From: Vitrella brassicaformis CCMP3155
Taxonomy: Eukaryota; Protista; Chromerida
Assembly: GCA_001179505.1 (NCBI GenBank)
Contig: CDMY01001040.1
Span: forward strand, 155,056 to 219,055
Direction: 5' to 3'
Length of the DNA stretch: 64,000 nucleotides
Position 1 is the stretch's first letter. Every line of letters begins with the position of its first letter. Made by a program: the position numbers and the translations under genes. The notes beneath the pieces were generated by a model that made no database searches, was not told the DNA's origin, and was given only the letters and a program-made list of their open reading frames with translations. Shown piece after piece: positions 24,638 to 36,800 of the stretch.

Positions 24638-24744
24638 TACTGTGAGCTGACACACTCGCTCTCTCTGACAGTCACACGCCAGTCAGTCAGTCAGTCAATC
24701 AGTCACATTCACTCGCCCACTCACTCACCGGCCATCCACCCACC

Positions 24745-25501
24745 ATGTCTCAAGAGCACCACCCTGAGCAGCAGCAGCACAGCCATGACGATGATGACGC
24801 CATGGCCTCACACAACAACCACCAGCAGCATGACCATGACGACCACAACCACCCCGCCACCAAAACTGACGAGGGAGGAGAGCACACCATGGCATTGACG
24901 GATGAGGCCAGCGGCGGGGGCGGTGAGATGGCCGTCACATCTGACGTCACATCCGCCATCGAAGCTTGGTACGTACGGACAGACAGACACAAAGGGGGAA
25001 GGGGAAGACGAGACACTCGCGTCATCAATATCTGTGTCTCTGTCTGTCTGTCTGTCTGCGTGTGCTGTGATCAATGTGCCTCTGTGTGTGTGTGTGTGTG
25101 TGTGTGTGCAGGCGTGCTGACTTCGATGCGGGCCTCAAGCTGTTCCAAGAGCGGTATGTAATCGAGGGTCACACTTGACACGCGACACATCACCACCATC
25201 ACTCACTCGTGTCATCAATGCACATTCTGTGTGATGTGAATCATGTGGTAGTTTCCAAAGTCTGGTCGAGTCGGTGTCAGTGTCTGTGGAGGCCGTCGAC
25301 GGCGAGACAGAGCGGGAGACAGACAGAAAGGAGGCCATCGCACAACAGTCCAAACAAATGATGCAGCGATTCATGTAAGTGTGCTCGACACACATAGACA
25401 CACATAGACACACATAGACAATGTCTGTCTGTCTGTCTCTTGTGCGTCCGGTCAGGTCGATGATTTCCAGCGTGCAGGCGTGTTTGGCGGCACACGAATG
25501 A
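24745..25501 (+). CDS. Small hypothetical protein with a His/Asp/Gln-rich N-terminus and helical C-terminus (4 exons)
   Basis: CACC-ATG start. Spliced ..TSAIEAW|RADFDAGLKLFQER|FQSLVESVSV..KQMMQRFM|SMISSVQACLAAHE*; phases are consistent. Confidence 0.7.
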
Positions 25502-26006
25502 GAGAGACGAATGACAAAACGAGTGACACACCAACATGCAGACAGACAGACAGACAAACAGACAATCGAACTAACGCACATGAAAGACAACAGGGTGGAC
25601 GCTGGCACACATGAGTGAGTGACTGAGTGAGTGAGTGAATGGGATGAGCCAACGATTCATCAATTGAAGGACACACGAACAACCAAAGGACACATCATGC
25701 ATTATTTGCAGAAGACGTCTCACTGAGCGCCATCGCCTCCGACCACCGAAGAGCGGCCGGCCGGCAGCTCGTCAAGAAGGGGGAGACCCCAGCCAGGACA
25801 CACAGATAGAGGTGGTAGCGGGCTGGGTGGACTCGTTAGTGACACATCTGGACTGACGTGTGTGCCTTGTGTGTTGAGACAGACGATGTGATAGTGATGG
25901 TGACGGACATAGGTAAGCCTTCATTCATTCAACGACACAAAGACACATGGATGAAGTCTGAGACGCTATGTATTTCCACGGCACATATCACATGGACAGT
26001 AAGCCG

Positions 26007-26157
26007 CCCTGTCCCTCCCCCTTCCCTCCCTCCCTTCATCCCTTCATCCCTCTCTCCCCTCCCTTCATCCCTCCCCTCCCTCCATCCATCCATCCATCCC
26101 ATCCCTCCCTCCCCTCCCTCCCATCCCTCCCCCCCTTAATCCCATCCCTCCCACCCA
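26007..26157. repeat. ~150-bp pyrimidine-rich (CCCT/CCAT) tract
   Basis: Seen directly; lies just past the stop codon of the minus-strand gene. Confidence 0.9.
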
Positions 26158-27327
26158 TCACCAGGGAGTCTTGATGAGGTGGGGGCATCGGTCCGTTGTG
26201 CGGACCTGTGGGCCGGGCGGCTTGCCGGTGGGTAGGCGAGGCCGGGGCGGCTTTCGGGCGCCGCACGATGAACACCCCACTCGCAGCGCCCGCCGGAGCC
26301 GCTGCCACCATGACTTCCGCTCCCCCGGGTACTTGTTGTAGGTGATGTTGGTGTCGTCCTTGGTGCGGCGGAGGGGGAGGAGCACTTTGGCTGGGGTGGG
26401 GGTGCTTCTGGGCAGGGGCTTGGGCGTGGCCTTGGGCGTGGCCTTGGGCGTGGCCTTGGGCGTGGCCTTGGGCGGCTGCTGTGGGCCCGCTGCATACAGA
26501 GCACACAGAGCCAATCAACACATACATACAGCAATGAATAAGCACATGCATCGTCAGTGAGTGTCACTCTCCTTACCTTCCTCCTCGTCGAGCCCCTGGT
26601 CGAGCCAGGGCTCGATGCTGCTTATGATGCCTGTAACGAACAGGCAGAAACAAGGAAGACGGCTTTGTGCGTGCGCCAATCATCCAATTCTGTGTCTCTC
26701 TTCGTGTGTACAGATAAGTGTCCGTTTCTCTCACCCCCTTCGGTCCACTCCTCCGTGCTCTCGGGGCCGTCCTCCATCGACAGGCGGCAGCTGTCCTCGA
26801 TGCCTGTAGCGACGAAGAAAGATGGAACCATCCATTTAGCAAGTCTGTCTCTCTCTGCCTCCTTTCCTTTCCCTGACCTCGGTCGCCGAGCTCGGACAGC
26901 GGATCGCCCCTGGCATGAGCATCCACCCCCGAGGTCTCCCCCCCTGAGACCTCGGGGATGCTCTCGAGGCTGCCCGTCTGCTGCAGCAGAAGCAGACTCG
27001 ATGACCGGCCGTGGGGAGCTGCCGTCGAAGCGACGGACGCGCGCCGGTCGGTGGCGGCCGTGGCTGGCTCCCCCCCCTCCCCCTTCCCCTTCCCTCCCTC
27101 CCACTCCCCAGCAATCGCAGCAGCTGTGGGCAGCAGCGCCCGAGCTTCCTTGCTCTCGGCCATCATCTGACGAAACACACACATGGAGGAGATGACTGGA
27201 TGGAGGGAGGGATACACTGTCGTGGCGTCGGAGTGCGGATGAACCGGTGACTCACCTCTTCGCAGTCTCCTCGCCCCCAGCGCCCCCGTGAGTTCGGGCC
27301 CCTTGACCCTGCAAACCCTTGACCCAT
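26158..27327 (-). CDS. Hypothetical protein with (KATP)4 repeat
   Basis: MGQGFAGSRGPNSRGRWGRGDCEE|MMAESKEAR..|GIEDSCR..|GIISSIEPWLDQG..|AGPQQPPKATPKATPKATPKATPKP..KSWWQRLRRALRVGCSSC..*; 12-bp tandem repeat at ~26420-26472. Confidence 0.6.
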
Positions 27328-27420
27328 AGAAGAGCGTGCGTAGATCTTGTGCTTCTCGCACGTCGATTAAGGCGAATCGAACTGCACGTATGGGTCTGGG
27401 TCTGTGAGCGGCGCCTTCGG

Positions 27421-30400
27421 ATGGCAGCGTGTGGGTCGGCGCGTGGCTCGGCAGACGCGAAGAGCGCCGCCAAAGAGCTTGTGGATGAGGTGTTGCGAGT
27501 TGAACCGGAGAGCGGTGATGTGAAATTATTTCATTGGGACCTTCTGGTGCTGGCGCTGAGTGACGCAACAGATCCGCAGCTGCAGGCTGACGCCGCCCGT
27601 GCCATCATCAAGTTCTTCAAGACTCGGTCATCGCAGTTTCGCATCGATGAGTTCAAGCGGCTGTGTTCTTCCCTGTCGGACATCAAGGCGGCTCGGGGGC
27701 TCTCGGATCTGGTGGATGAGGCCATCTTCTCCCTCCTCTCATCGGCAATGTCAGACCGGGACGACTCCTCATCAATGCGCGATCACCTGCTGACCCACCA
27801 CGTGGACCTGGTCAGAAGAGCCGAGGCTGCGTTCGCAAAGGATGAGGCCCTCAGCTTCCTCAGGCTGCTTTACGGTCCCGTGTCACCTTTGGCCACTGTC
27901 CCCATTGCCTCGTGGATTAGGGCTTTTGACATGGTCGTGGAGTTGGGGCTGAGCGACGTGGCGCTGACGGGCCGAGCATCCAAAGGTGACGGACGGCTGC
28001 TGCTGTCTGTAGTCAGCAACAGGATGTACGGCAATCTCGGTTCCATGACTCTAGCAGGTAGAATGAGTGAACGAGTGAGTTGCTGACTCAGCACTTTCAT
28101 TGGTACATGTTTCGTTCAGGTGCGCATGAGGAGGCCCTATCGGCTGTCCATCGGCACATGTGCCCGCACGCCGGACGCCTCGTCGACGTGCTCGTGTCCG
28201 ACACGGCTTCCGACGCCATCAAGGGCAACGCCTTAGCCGTCCTTGGCTTCATCTTCTCGACAGCCTACATCTGCACAAGAGGTCCACAGGACGGCAGCCA
28301 GCTGAAGAAGGCGCTGAAAGAGCCCATCCGTCTGCTGCTCAAAGACGACATGAGGGGGCTCAAAGCTACAGCTAAGGTGCTCAAGAAGTGCTATGAGGTC
28401 GACCTGCTCGACGTTGAGGGAAGCAGTTTCGTCACCATCCCTTTCCATCTCCAGCTCGGTAATCTTCGAAAGAGAAACACACGCCTGTCCCTTTGGATGT
28501 TTCTTCGTGTGTAGCGTATGGCTTCTCCCGCCAGGTCGTCGACGCCGGCTACCTCCCTGCCATGCTGACCGTCTTCGACGATGAGCGGCTCGGCAGTCAT
28601 TCCTTCCACAGAGGGGCCCTGACGGTTGCGGTGGTGGTCGTCAAGCTCATCGTCGAGAACGACAGCGAGGTCAGTCGGCCCAGGTGAAAGGCTTGATTTG
28701 GTGGGCAGATATGCTGTGTGTGTGTGGGCGTCAGGCCATTGCCAACGCGGATGTCGCTGCCATGCTTTGTCGTCTGCTGCACCGCCATGCTGCTGGCGAG
28801 TTCCGAGCCAAGGAAGCAGACCATGTGATTGACAACATTGTTGGGGTACTGGGCAAAATGATTCTGTAAGTACGGGAACGTGAATGTGTGTGTGTGTGAA
28901 TGTAAAGAACGCACCGTCGCTCGCCTTTGCTTGTGTGATGCAGAGCTTCTTCGGCGGCGTTGACCGATGAGATCACGAAAGAGCCGCTATTTTGCCCTCT
29001 CGAACCAATGGGCAGCAAAAACGTCATCGCGCAGCAAACGATTAGGGTGCGAAAGAGGTTCTCTATCTCTCTCTATCTTGCCACAGTCATCCCAGCGACA
29101 TCCACTGTGTGCTATGCGCGAGTGCAGATGCTGTCTGAGTGGGTGCCGCCGAGCACGGCAGCATACCAGCGGCTAACAGTGCATCCAAAGGTGGGCTGCA
29201 GAATATGTATAAGAGGTCTGCGGCGAGTGACTAGTGATCATACTTTTCAGGTGGCGAGCTTCTTCGAGGAGATCGACGACTTCGCGGGTCTCCGCATGTT
29301 CGCCATGGAGCTTACCAACGACGGCGACCGAACAGCTGAAGGGGGAAACACCGCAGGCACGGCTGACGCCGCTGCTGCTGCTGCTGCTGGTGCTGCGAGT
29401 GCGTTTGCATCTTCTGGCCCAAAGGACAGATGGAAAAGTACGAACGATGCTGATGAACCAATAAATCAGACACACACCACGACAGACCTTATCTATGCGC
29501 CTCTTAACAGGTGTCGGAAACGCACTCTTTGGCAAGTTCAAGTACCTCGACGCCTACCGGGCATACATCAAGGTACACACGGGGCAGGAGGGGCGGCAAC
29601 ACAGACGTGCACTTGAGGCCGTGCTGTGTGCCGTAGGGCGTCCGTTTGGCGAAGCTGGAGTCCATCTCTGAGCTGCTGGTCCGCCGCGCACAGTGCCGCA
29701 TGGGTGTGGGCGACTGTGTGGGTGCGATGATCGACGTCACGACCGCCCTCCGCATTCTCCCGCCGCCCCCATCCGTCGAGCCCGGCAGCAAGTCGGCCAT
29801 CATCCAGCAGACCGCGGTAGAGATTGTATACACACCGCTCGTCATGCGGTGGCTCAATGGCCTCGATCCTGCCACCGGCGGTGAAGATGTGATGGTCCTG
29901 CCATCGGAGGAGACGACAGCGGCCTTCATGAAGGACGCCATGCAGCACCTCTGCGCGCGAGTCGAGGCGGCGGGACCGTCTGAGCCACTCGAGGTGGCCG
30001 ATGCCCTCGCGGCAGGCCAGCAGCTGCAGGAGGAGGACAGATTTGCGGAGGCTTCCGATATCTTCACGGCTGGTCTTGCTGCTGCTGACGTGTCGACGCT
30101 CATTGCGCTGCTGAGCAATGCCTCGGCGTGTCTGCTCAAGCCCGAGCTCATTAGGGAGGGGGGTCCGGATGCAGTGGGGTGTGCGGCCGCCGCCCTCCAT
30201 CTGAGCTGCCTGCATCACGATCCCTCCCAGCAGCTGACCACCATCCAGCAGAAGTGCCTCGTGCGGCTGGGCCAGGGGCTGCTGGCCGAGCGGCTCTTCG
30301 ACGCTGCTGATGTCATTGCCAGGGCCATCAAGAAACACGTGAGTGGGGGAGTGGGGAATGACGGAAAAGGGGGATGATGTGTGTGGTGGTGCGTGTGTGT

Positions 30401-31824
30401 GTGTGGTTCAGGTTGGCGAGGGCCAGATGAGGACGGAGGCCGACACACTGCAGCAACGTATCCGCACCCACCGGGCCAATGCTAAGGGCGACTTTGACTG
30501 GGCCGCCATCTACCGTCAGCAGCTCGACAACATCACAGCCATGCAGCACGGCAGACCCCCCACATCCATCGACGTGGCCGAGTACGTTGGCCCCGTGGTC
30601 GTGCGACACGACGAGGCCCAGCAGCCCAGCCTCTATGCGAAGGAGGACATCCAGGTGGGCCAGCTGCTGCTCGTTCAAAAGCCCGTCGTCATAGCGTCCG
30701 GTGATTTCGCATCGCTGACGAGCTCGGACGGCTACAGACAGCTGATGGCGGCCTGCAAGGACGGCTGGCATCCCCGGCTGGTGTCGCAGCTGTGCTGTCT
30801 GTCAGAGGGCCAGCGGCGGCCCTCGACCCTCGCGGCCCCGCCGTCCCACGAGACGTGTCTTGGCCTGGTCCCTGGCTTCCCCCTGCTGCCCCGCTTCATG
30901 CAGTCCCATGGTGCGGAGGAGTTCGGCTCGCCTGTGGCCCAGGTCGACGGCGACAGCATTCCCCAACTCGTGACCTTCAACCATCGCATGAGTGTCACCA
31001 TCCGCGGCTGCCTTCCTGGTGTGCTGCGTACTCCTGATGACGCCACGTCCACTCCGGCATCAGGGGTGTGGATACTGCCGTCGCTCATCAGACACGCGAG
31101 ATACGACAGAAATGCCATATGGTAGGCACCAAGCACCACGGGAGGGATGGACACGCCCCATTCCGACATATTGGACTTGTGTTCGTCTGCGTGTGCTCTG
31201 GTCAGGTATGTGGTAGGCGACCTCTTGGTCGTGAGGGCCTCACGAGCAATCAGCCGCGGCGGCGGCGTGACAGCTGACTACTTCGACGACGGATATGAGT
31301 TCTTTGACGCCAAGGATTATGTGGATGACGGCGACGCCATTTCGATGGCCGAGCGGTGGGGAATCCCCTCGCCCTCGCAGCACGACGAGAAGCATATCCA
31401 AGAGGCCAGCAGGGCAATCGGCAAGGGGATCCACCGCGTCGGCACCCTCCGTCGGGGCGGAGCGTCGCCCACGGCTATTCTGAGAGATAGCGACGCCCTC
31501 ATGAGGAAGATGGAGACCCTGCAGCAGTCGATGACGTCCAACGTGCCCACAATGAGGACCAGCGAGCTGCACATCTTCCGGGGCATGCTTCTCTGTGGGC
31601 TGGGACGCCATGATGAGGCCAGCGAGGCGACGATCGAGGCCGTCAAGACCGCCCGGGCGGTGCGGTCGATCGGCGTTGGGGACTGCCGCTGTCTCTCGAC
31701 GACCATCCGTTCTGCACCACATGATTCGCAGCTGTGTGATGTGATGCTAGAAGAGCTTCGGCGCACGTGTGCGCTCGTCTTCGACACACCCGATGCAGCG
31801 AATATGATCTTCCTCAATCAATGA
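27421..31824 (+). CDS. ARM/HEAT-like + TPR + SET-fold protein (SMYD-like architecture) with degenerate SET motifs, copy 1
   Basis: TPR WKS|VGNALFGKFKYLDAYRAYIK and LLSNASACLLK; GDFDW, DVAEYVGPV, KEDIQVGQLLLVQK, GVWILPSLIRH..NAIW|YVVGDLLVVRASRAISRG..VTADY. Confidence 0.8.
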
Positions 31825-32190
31825 GCAGAGCTGAGAGGGTGTCTGGCTCGGAGGCCCGCTTGCTGTCTGCCTGCCTGCCCGCTTGCAGCATGGCGGCTTG
31901 ATCGATTAGACTGGGATTGGGATGGGATGTAGATAACTGACCTTGGAACCTGACACGGTGGATGCGTGCGTGTGTTCACACATACATGGGGTCAATCATT
32001 CATCGCATCACACGCTGCATCAACGAGCCGTCATTGGAAGTCACACACACACACGCACACACTCACAAACACATGAACGCAACCCTCGTCTGTACACTCA
32101 ACCCGACCCCCGTCCTCCCAGTCGTACAAGTCTCTCCTGCCTCACCCCTTGTCTGTCTGTCTGTTAGCTGTCGACCAGCCAGCCAATGCA

Positions 32191-32478
32191 CTACTTGAGG
32201 TGCGATGCGTCCCCGGGGCACTCCCACATGCCCTGTCCCCCGATGCCAGGGTGGTGGTGCGGCACGTCGAACCGCTTCTTCAGACGAAAGGCGTCCTTGC
32301 CGCTCAGGTAATAACGGTTCAGCCGCTTCTGCTTCACAAACCCCTGCTTCGCGTACAAGGCTGACACACCACTCAGAGGCAGAGAGTGGCCACAAGGCTG
32401 GCAGAGAGAGGGTGCTAAGTACTTACCTAGAGCAGCTTTGTTGGTGGTCTCTGCTTCTAGCACCACCTGAACAGACAG

Positions 32479-32509
<31 letters not shown>

Positions 32510-33319
32510 CACATATGACGCACAGTGAGTGCATCTCGTCAGTCATTGTGTGTGTCAGTCACCTCTTGGATGCCCTCCACCTGCATCTTGTCCACCGCTC
32601 CCCTCACAAGCATGGAACCTGAACACCAAAAGAAACACACACATACGAGCATCCATCCTTTCGGGTCTGCAGAGATGCATTCACGGGGAGACCGACTAAC
32701 TAACCGATGCCCTTCTTCCGGTGGTCCTTGTCGACAGCCACCATCCCTGCAGGTAAGGTAGATGAGATCCACCAACCAATCGATGGACGCTCTGGACGTG
32801 CGTAGGCCGACCGACCGATGTATCCCCTCTTGAGGACTTCATTCAGCCTCTTGCTCTTGTGGTCCTCCACTTTGCACACCACCACACCCACTATCTCATC
32901 CTCAATGTGAGCCTGCATTGAGCTCATTCCATCAACACACACACACAAACACACACACACCAGCCAGACACGAGCAGCTGAAACAACTGTGCTTTGTGGG
33001 TGCATTCAAGTGCAAAGCGTGCGTGCCACAGCTGACCACGATGCAGAACTGCGGGTACTGGAGGATGAAGCACCGGTACGTCCATATGGAGTAGGGCTCC
33101 GACAGGTCCCTCGCCACCAGCTCCATGATCCGCTCAAGCTGCGACTCTGATGATCTCATCACAAACAAACAGGCCATGTGCCGACCAGATCATGGCACGG
33201 CATGGCGTGTGCCGTGCGTGCGTGCCTCACCCACCGTCTTCAAAGGAAGAACACACAACCTTCGTGCCGTCACCGAGATCTTTCTGCGACTTGAACAGCC
33301 GTATCATTGGGCTCAGCAT
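32191..33319 (-). CDS. NAA30: N-alpha-acetyltransferase 30 (NatC catalytic subunit, MAK3)
   Basis: ESQLERIMELVARDLSEPYSIWTYRCF, RGYIG|MVAVDKDHRKKGIG, VVLEAETTNKAALG, LYAKQGFVKQKRLNRYYLSGKDAFRLK. Confidence 0.93.
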
Positions 33320-33842
33320 GGTGAAAAGCAGGAAGGCCTGGAGGGAAGGAAAGGATGCGTAGATCTCGGTGGTTGCTCATCGCCCTAAAAGGTCGGCAGG
33401 TGAAACTTTTGGATTGAGAAAGACGGTTCTCTTGCCTTTGGAAGGTCGCAGGGGCACCCCGGCAGCGGTCCAATCGGTCTCACAGGAGCAAACAACGCAT
33501 CAGGTCCGTGAGCCATCCATCTTTCTCCCGCATCCGGGCCACCAGCTCTTGTCGTGTGTGGGTTGATCTGCCCATCTGCTGGCCTCATCGTAGCCGCTGC
33601 ACTGCTCTTCAGCCCCGCCACTGCCTAACAGCCATTGCAGCAGCCCATCCGCCCATCAAATCAACCAGCAAAGTTCTCCTCTCTCTCGCTTCAACCGCCG
33701 AACGGACTACGGATGACCAGCGAGACCATGACCAGCAGGAGCGGTGGGTGGATGCTGTCCTCTTGCTAAGCCGTGACTAACCAGCCATCAGGACTGCTGC
33801 TCTAGAGAGAGGCTTTAAGCGGCTGGTCTGGTCGTCCGTACC

Positions 33843-36800
33843 ATGAATCCCTCGGCAGACGGTGATCCGCCCCCCCGCCCTTGTAGCGCCGCATCCCGCC
33901 TGGAGATGAGAGATGCCGTGTCCACCACCAACACAACACCAGACACGCGCACGCCGCGAGAGAAGAGGCCCGAGGAAGACAACAGCAACAAAGACAAAGC
34001 CACGGCCAGGGATGCCCACATCCCGCCGGCCTATGCCAGCAGCACCGGCGGCAGCAAACTGATGCGGTTATTCCGTTCCTCTGCAGTGCATAAGGTCCAG
34101 GCCAAGGCGGCCGACAAATCGCACTCTGGCCAGCCGCAATCCTTGGCGGAGGCGCTGCTGGGCGGGGGAGGGCGTGAGGGTGGCGGTAGGGGGAGTCCAT
34201 CTCTCCGCTACAGGGAGAAGGAGCAACAAGGAGAGGACAATGACACCGTGACGCATGCACCTGATACCGTTGCACCATCTGGTGGGTATATACAAGGAGA
34301 GGGAACGAGCAATACGTACCATTCACGACCGGCTTCTCGGTGTGTGTTGTGTCCATTGACAGGTCCGTTTGTGTGGAGCAAGAGCAACCCACCGGCAAGC
34401 CCTCCCATCCCTCCCCTCCCCCCAAGCCCCATCCCCCATCGGCTCCAGCCCCATCCCCCATCGGTGCCATGCCTTGACAGCCCCAAGCCCACCCCAGCCG
34501 AGTCACTCGCCAACCAAACACCATACCGCCGTGTTGGCAAGGGCTTGCCACAGTCGTCGAGCGGGTCGGGTGTAGCGGGGGCAGGAGGCGGGGCGGTGCT
34601 GGGCGGCAAGCAGAAAGGCGATGGCGGTGGCGAGGGTGGAGATGAGGAGGAGGGTGTGTGGCGGCAGAGGCTGCGGGACTCGTTGGCCGACGGCGACAAT
34701 GTGTGGCTGCTGACGGTGAGTGAGATCAGGCAGCGGCTGTTGGATGGATGGATGGATTGTGCTGCCGGTGTTTGCTATGTCAGAATCTGCGGAGTTTTTT
34801 CGACACGTACGTGACTCGTGCGGACCGCGTGAGGTGAGGAAAAAGTCTGTCTGCAAAGCCAGCCCAGCCAGCCCCTCCTTTGATACCGATCGTTTCCCTC
34901 CCTCGTATGTATGTATGGGTGTGAATGTTTGTCAGTGAGCTGCAGCGCCTCATTTTGACCCCTGGCGGTCCTCGACTCATCGACCTGCTGCTGAAGGCAA
35001 GCTTGCTTTGCAAGATACACACAGACACACAGATATACACACACGTGTATGTCTTTGTGTCTGCTCCGCCCTGCATGGGCAAATGAAATGAATGGTTCAG
35101 GCGTTGGCGTTTCGTCCTCTGCTGCCGTCGCTGCTGGTGCACCATGTGTCTGCGGCCCTGTGGGTGACGGTGTTCGCACACTCTAACATACCGCAGAGGG
35201 TCAGACTCATCCAACAGGTATCTACAGAAATGCGAGGCGATGTGGGGGGCGAGGGGTGAGGGGTGAGGGTGGGCATTCATGTGTGGTTGTGTGGTTGTGT
35301 CAGTTGCGTGTGTGTCCTGACGCCATTGTGTCGGTTGCTGAGCATCGCATTGGCTGCCTGGCACTGCAGCATATCGTCTGTAAGCCCGCCTTTCGCACCC
35401 CCAGACGGGACGGGACGCACCACCACAAGCGGCCCCACTCCCCCTGTTTGTGTCTGTGTGTGGCGTGCGTGGCACATTTGTGCAGCGTTGTGCAGCCCCC
35501 GGGATGTGGGCACGTTGTTGTCGGAGCTGATCGTGTGCCACATCACGAGACTTGCTGTGGTATGGATAGATACCTCACATCCACACGCACCAGCTCCTCA
35601 GACACAACCTTGTTTGATGGCTATGCGTGTCCTTATTTTGTCAGCATCCTTTGGGTTCCCGTCTGGTTCGTGCCTTTCTGGTGCGGTCGCCGCCGCTGGA
35701 CAGCTGGGACGTCGGCACACAGCTCCTCACACACGCCGTCCAAGTAAACACATCAACATACACAGCACACCACACCATCCTACAGACGCCACCCTCCTCT
35801 TTGTTGTCGTCTGTCAGTTGTCGGACAGCGAGAGTGGTTCATCGTTGCTGCGTCAGATGATCCTGTCGGCCCCGCATAGCGCCTCCCCCTCGAGCAGGCT
35901 GCACCTGCGGTCACACATGCTCCTCAGCAGCAGAGACATGCTCACCACCCGCTACGGCCCCAGCCTGATCAAAGACTTCATCATGGTCAGAAATCCAACC
36001 AACAAGAACACCCCAGGACACATATACAGGTCCCTCCATCTGTTCGCTCTGCTGTTCTGTCAGTGCTTCGACGATGACGCGGCGACGATGATGTGCAGGA
36101 GGCTGGTCGCGATGGAGGACGAGGCCTCTGACAGCAACATGCTGGACGTGCCGGCCATCTGCTCTCTGCAGTCCATGGCTTCTGACCGAGACATGGCCGC
36201 CATCCTCGCGACACTCATCGCCAGGGCCGACCAGGCGGCACGACAGGCGCTGCTGGCCAAGGTGGCCAACATGTGGAGGTTCGACCACCCCAAGAGATTC
36301 GGATTCGTCACCGCCAGATATGCACATGTCGTCATCAAAGCGGTAGGACAGGGGCCAGGCAGCGCAGGGAGAAACGGGCAGAGGCAATGGAGAGCGGGGT
36401 CGTTGACGTCTCTCTCTCTCTCTCTCTCTGCTGGTTCAGACGTTGCCCCACCTGGATGTGCCGGCACTCACCTCGCTGCATGATGTAAGCCATCCGTGGA
36501 GGCTCATTGCCTACACACAATTGCGTAATCCCTTCTCCCTCTCTCCCCATTGTTTCGTTGGTCATCAGGCCAGTGATCGCTACGTGCGCCCCGGCCTTGT
36601 GTGGGGCGAAGACTGTCTCAGCGCCAAGTGGGACGCCATCTCCCGCATCACCCAGGTGGTCACCTCAACCCTCCCCGCCAAAGGCCTCACCCACTACCGG
36701 TCCAAGCCGCCCATGACCCACCGTGAGAAGAACCTCGGCTGCCCCACCCCCGGCCCGAGTGACTTCGTGTCCATGCGCTCACCTCACTCCCCGAGCCTCA

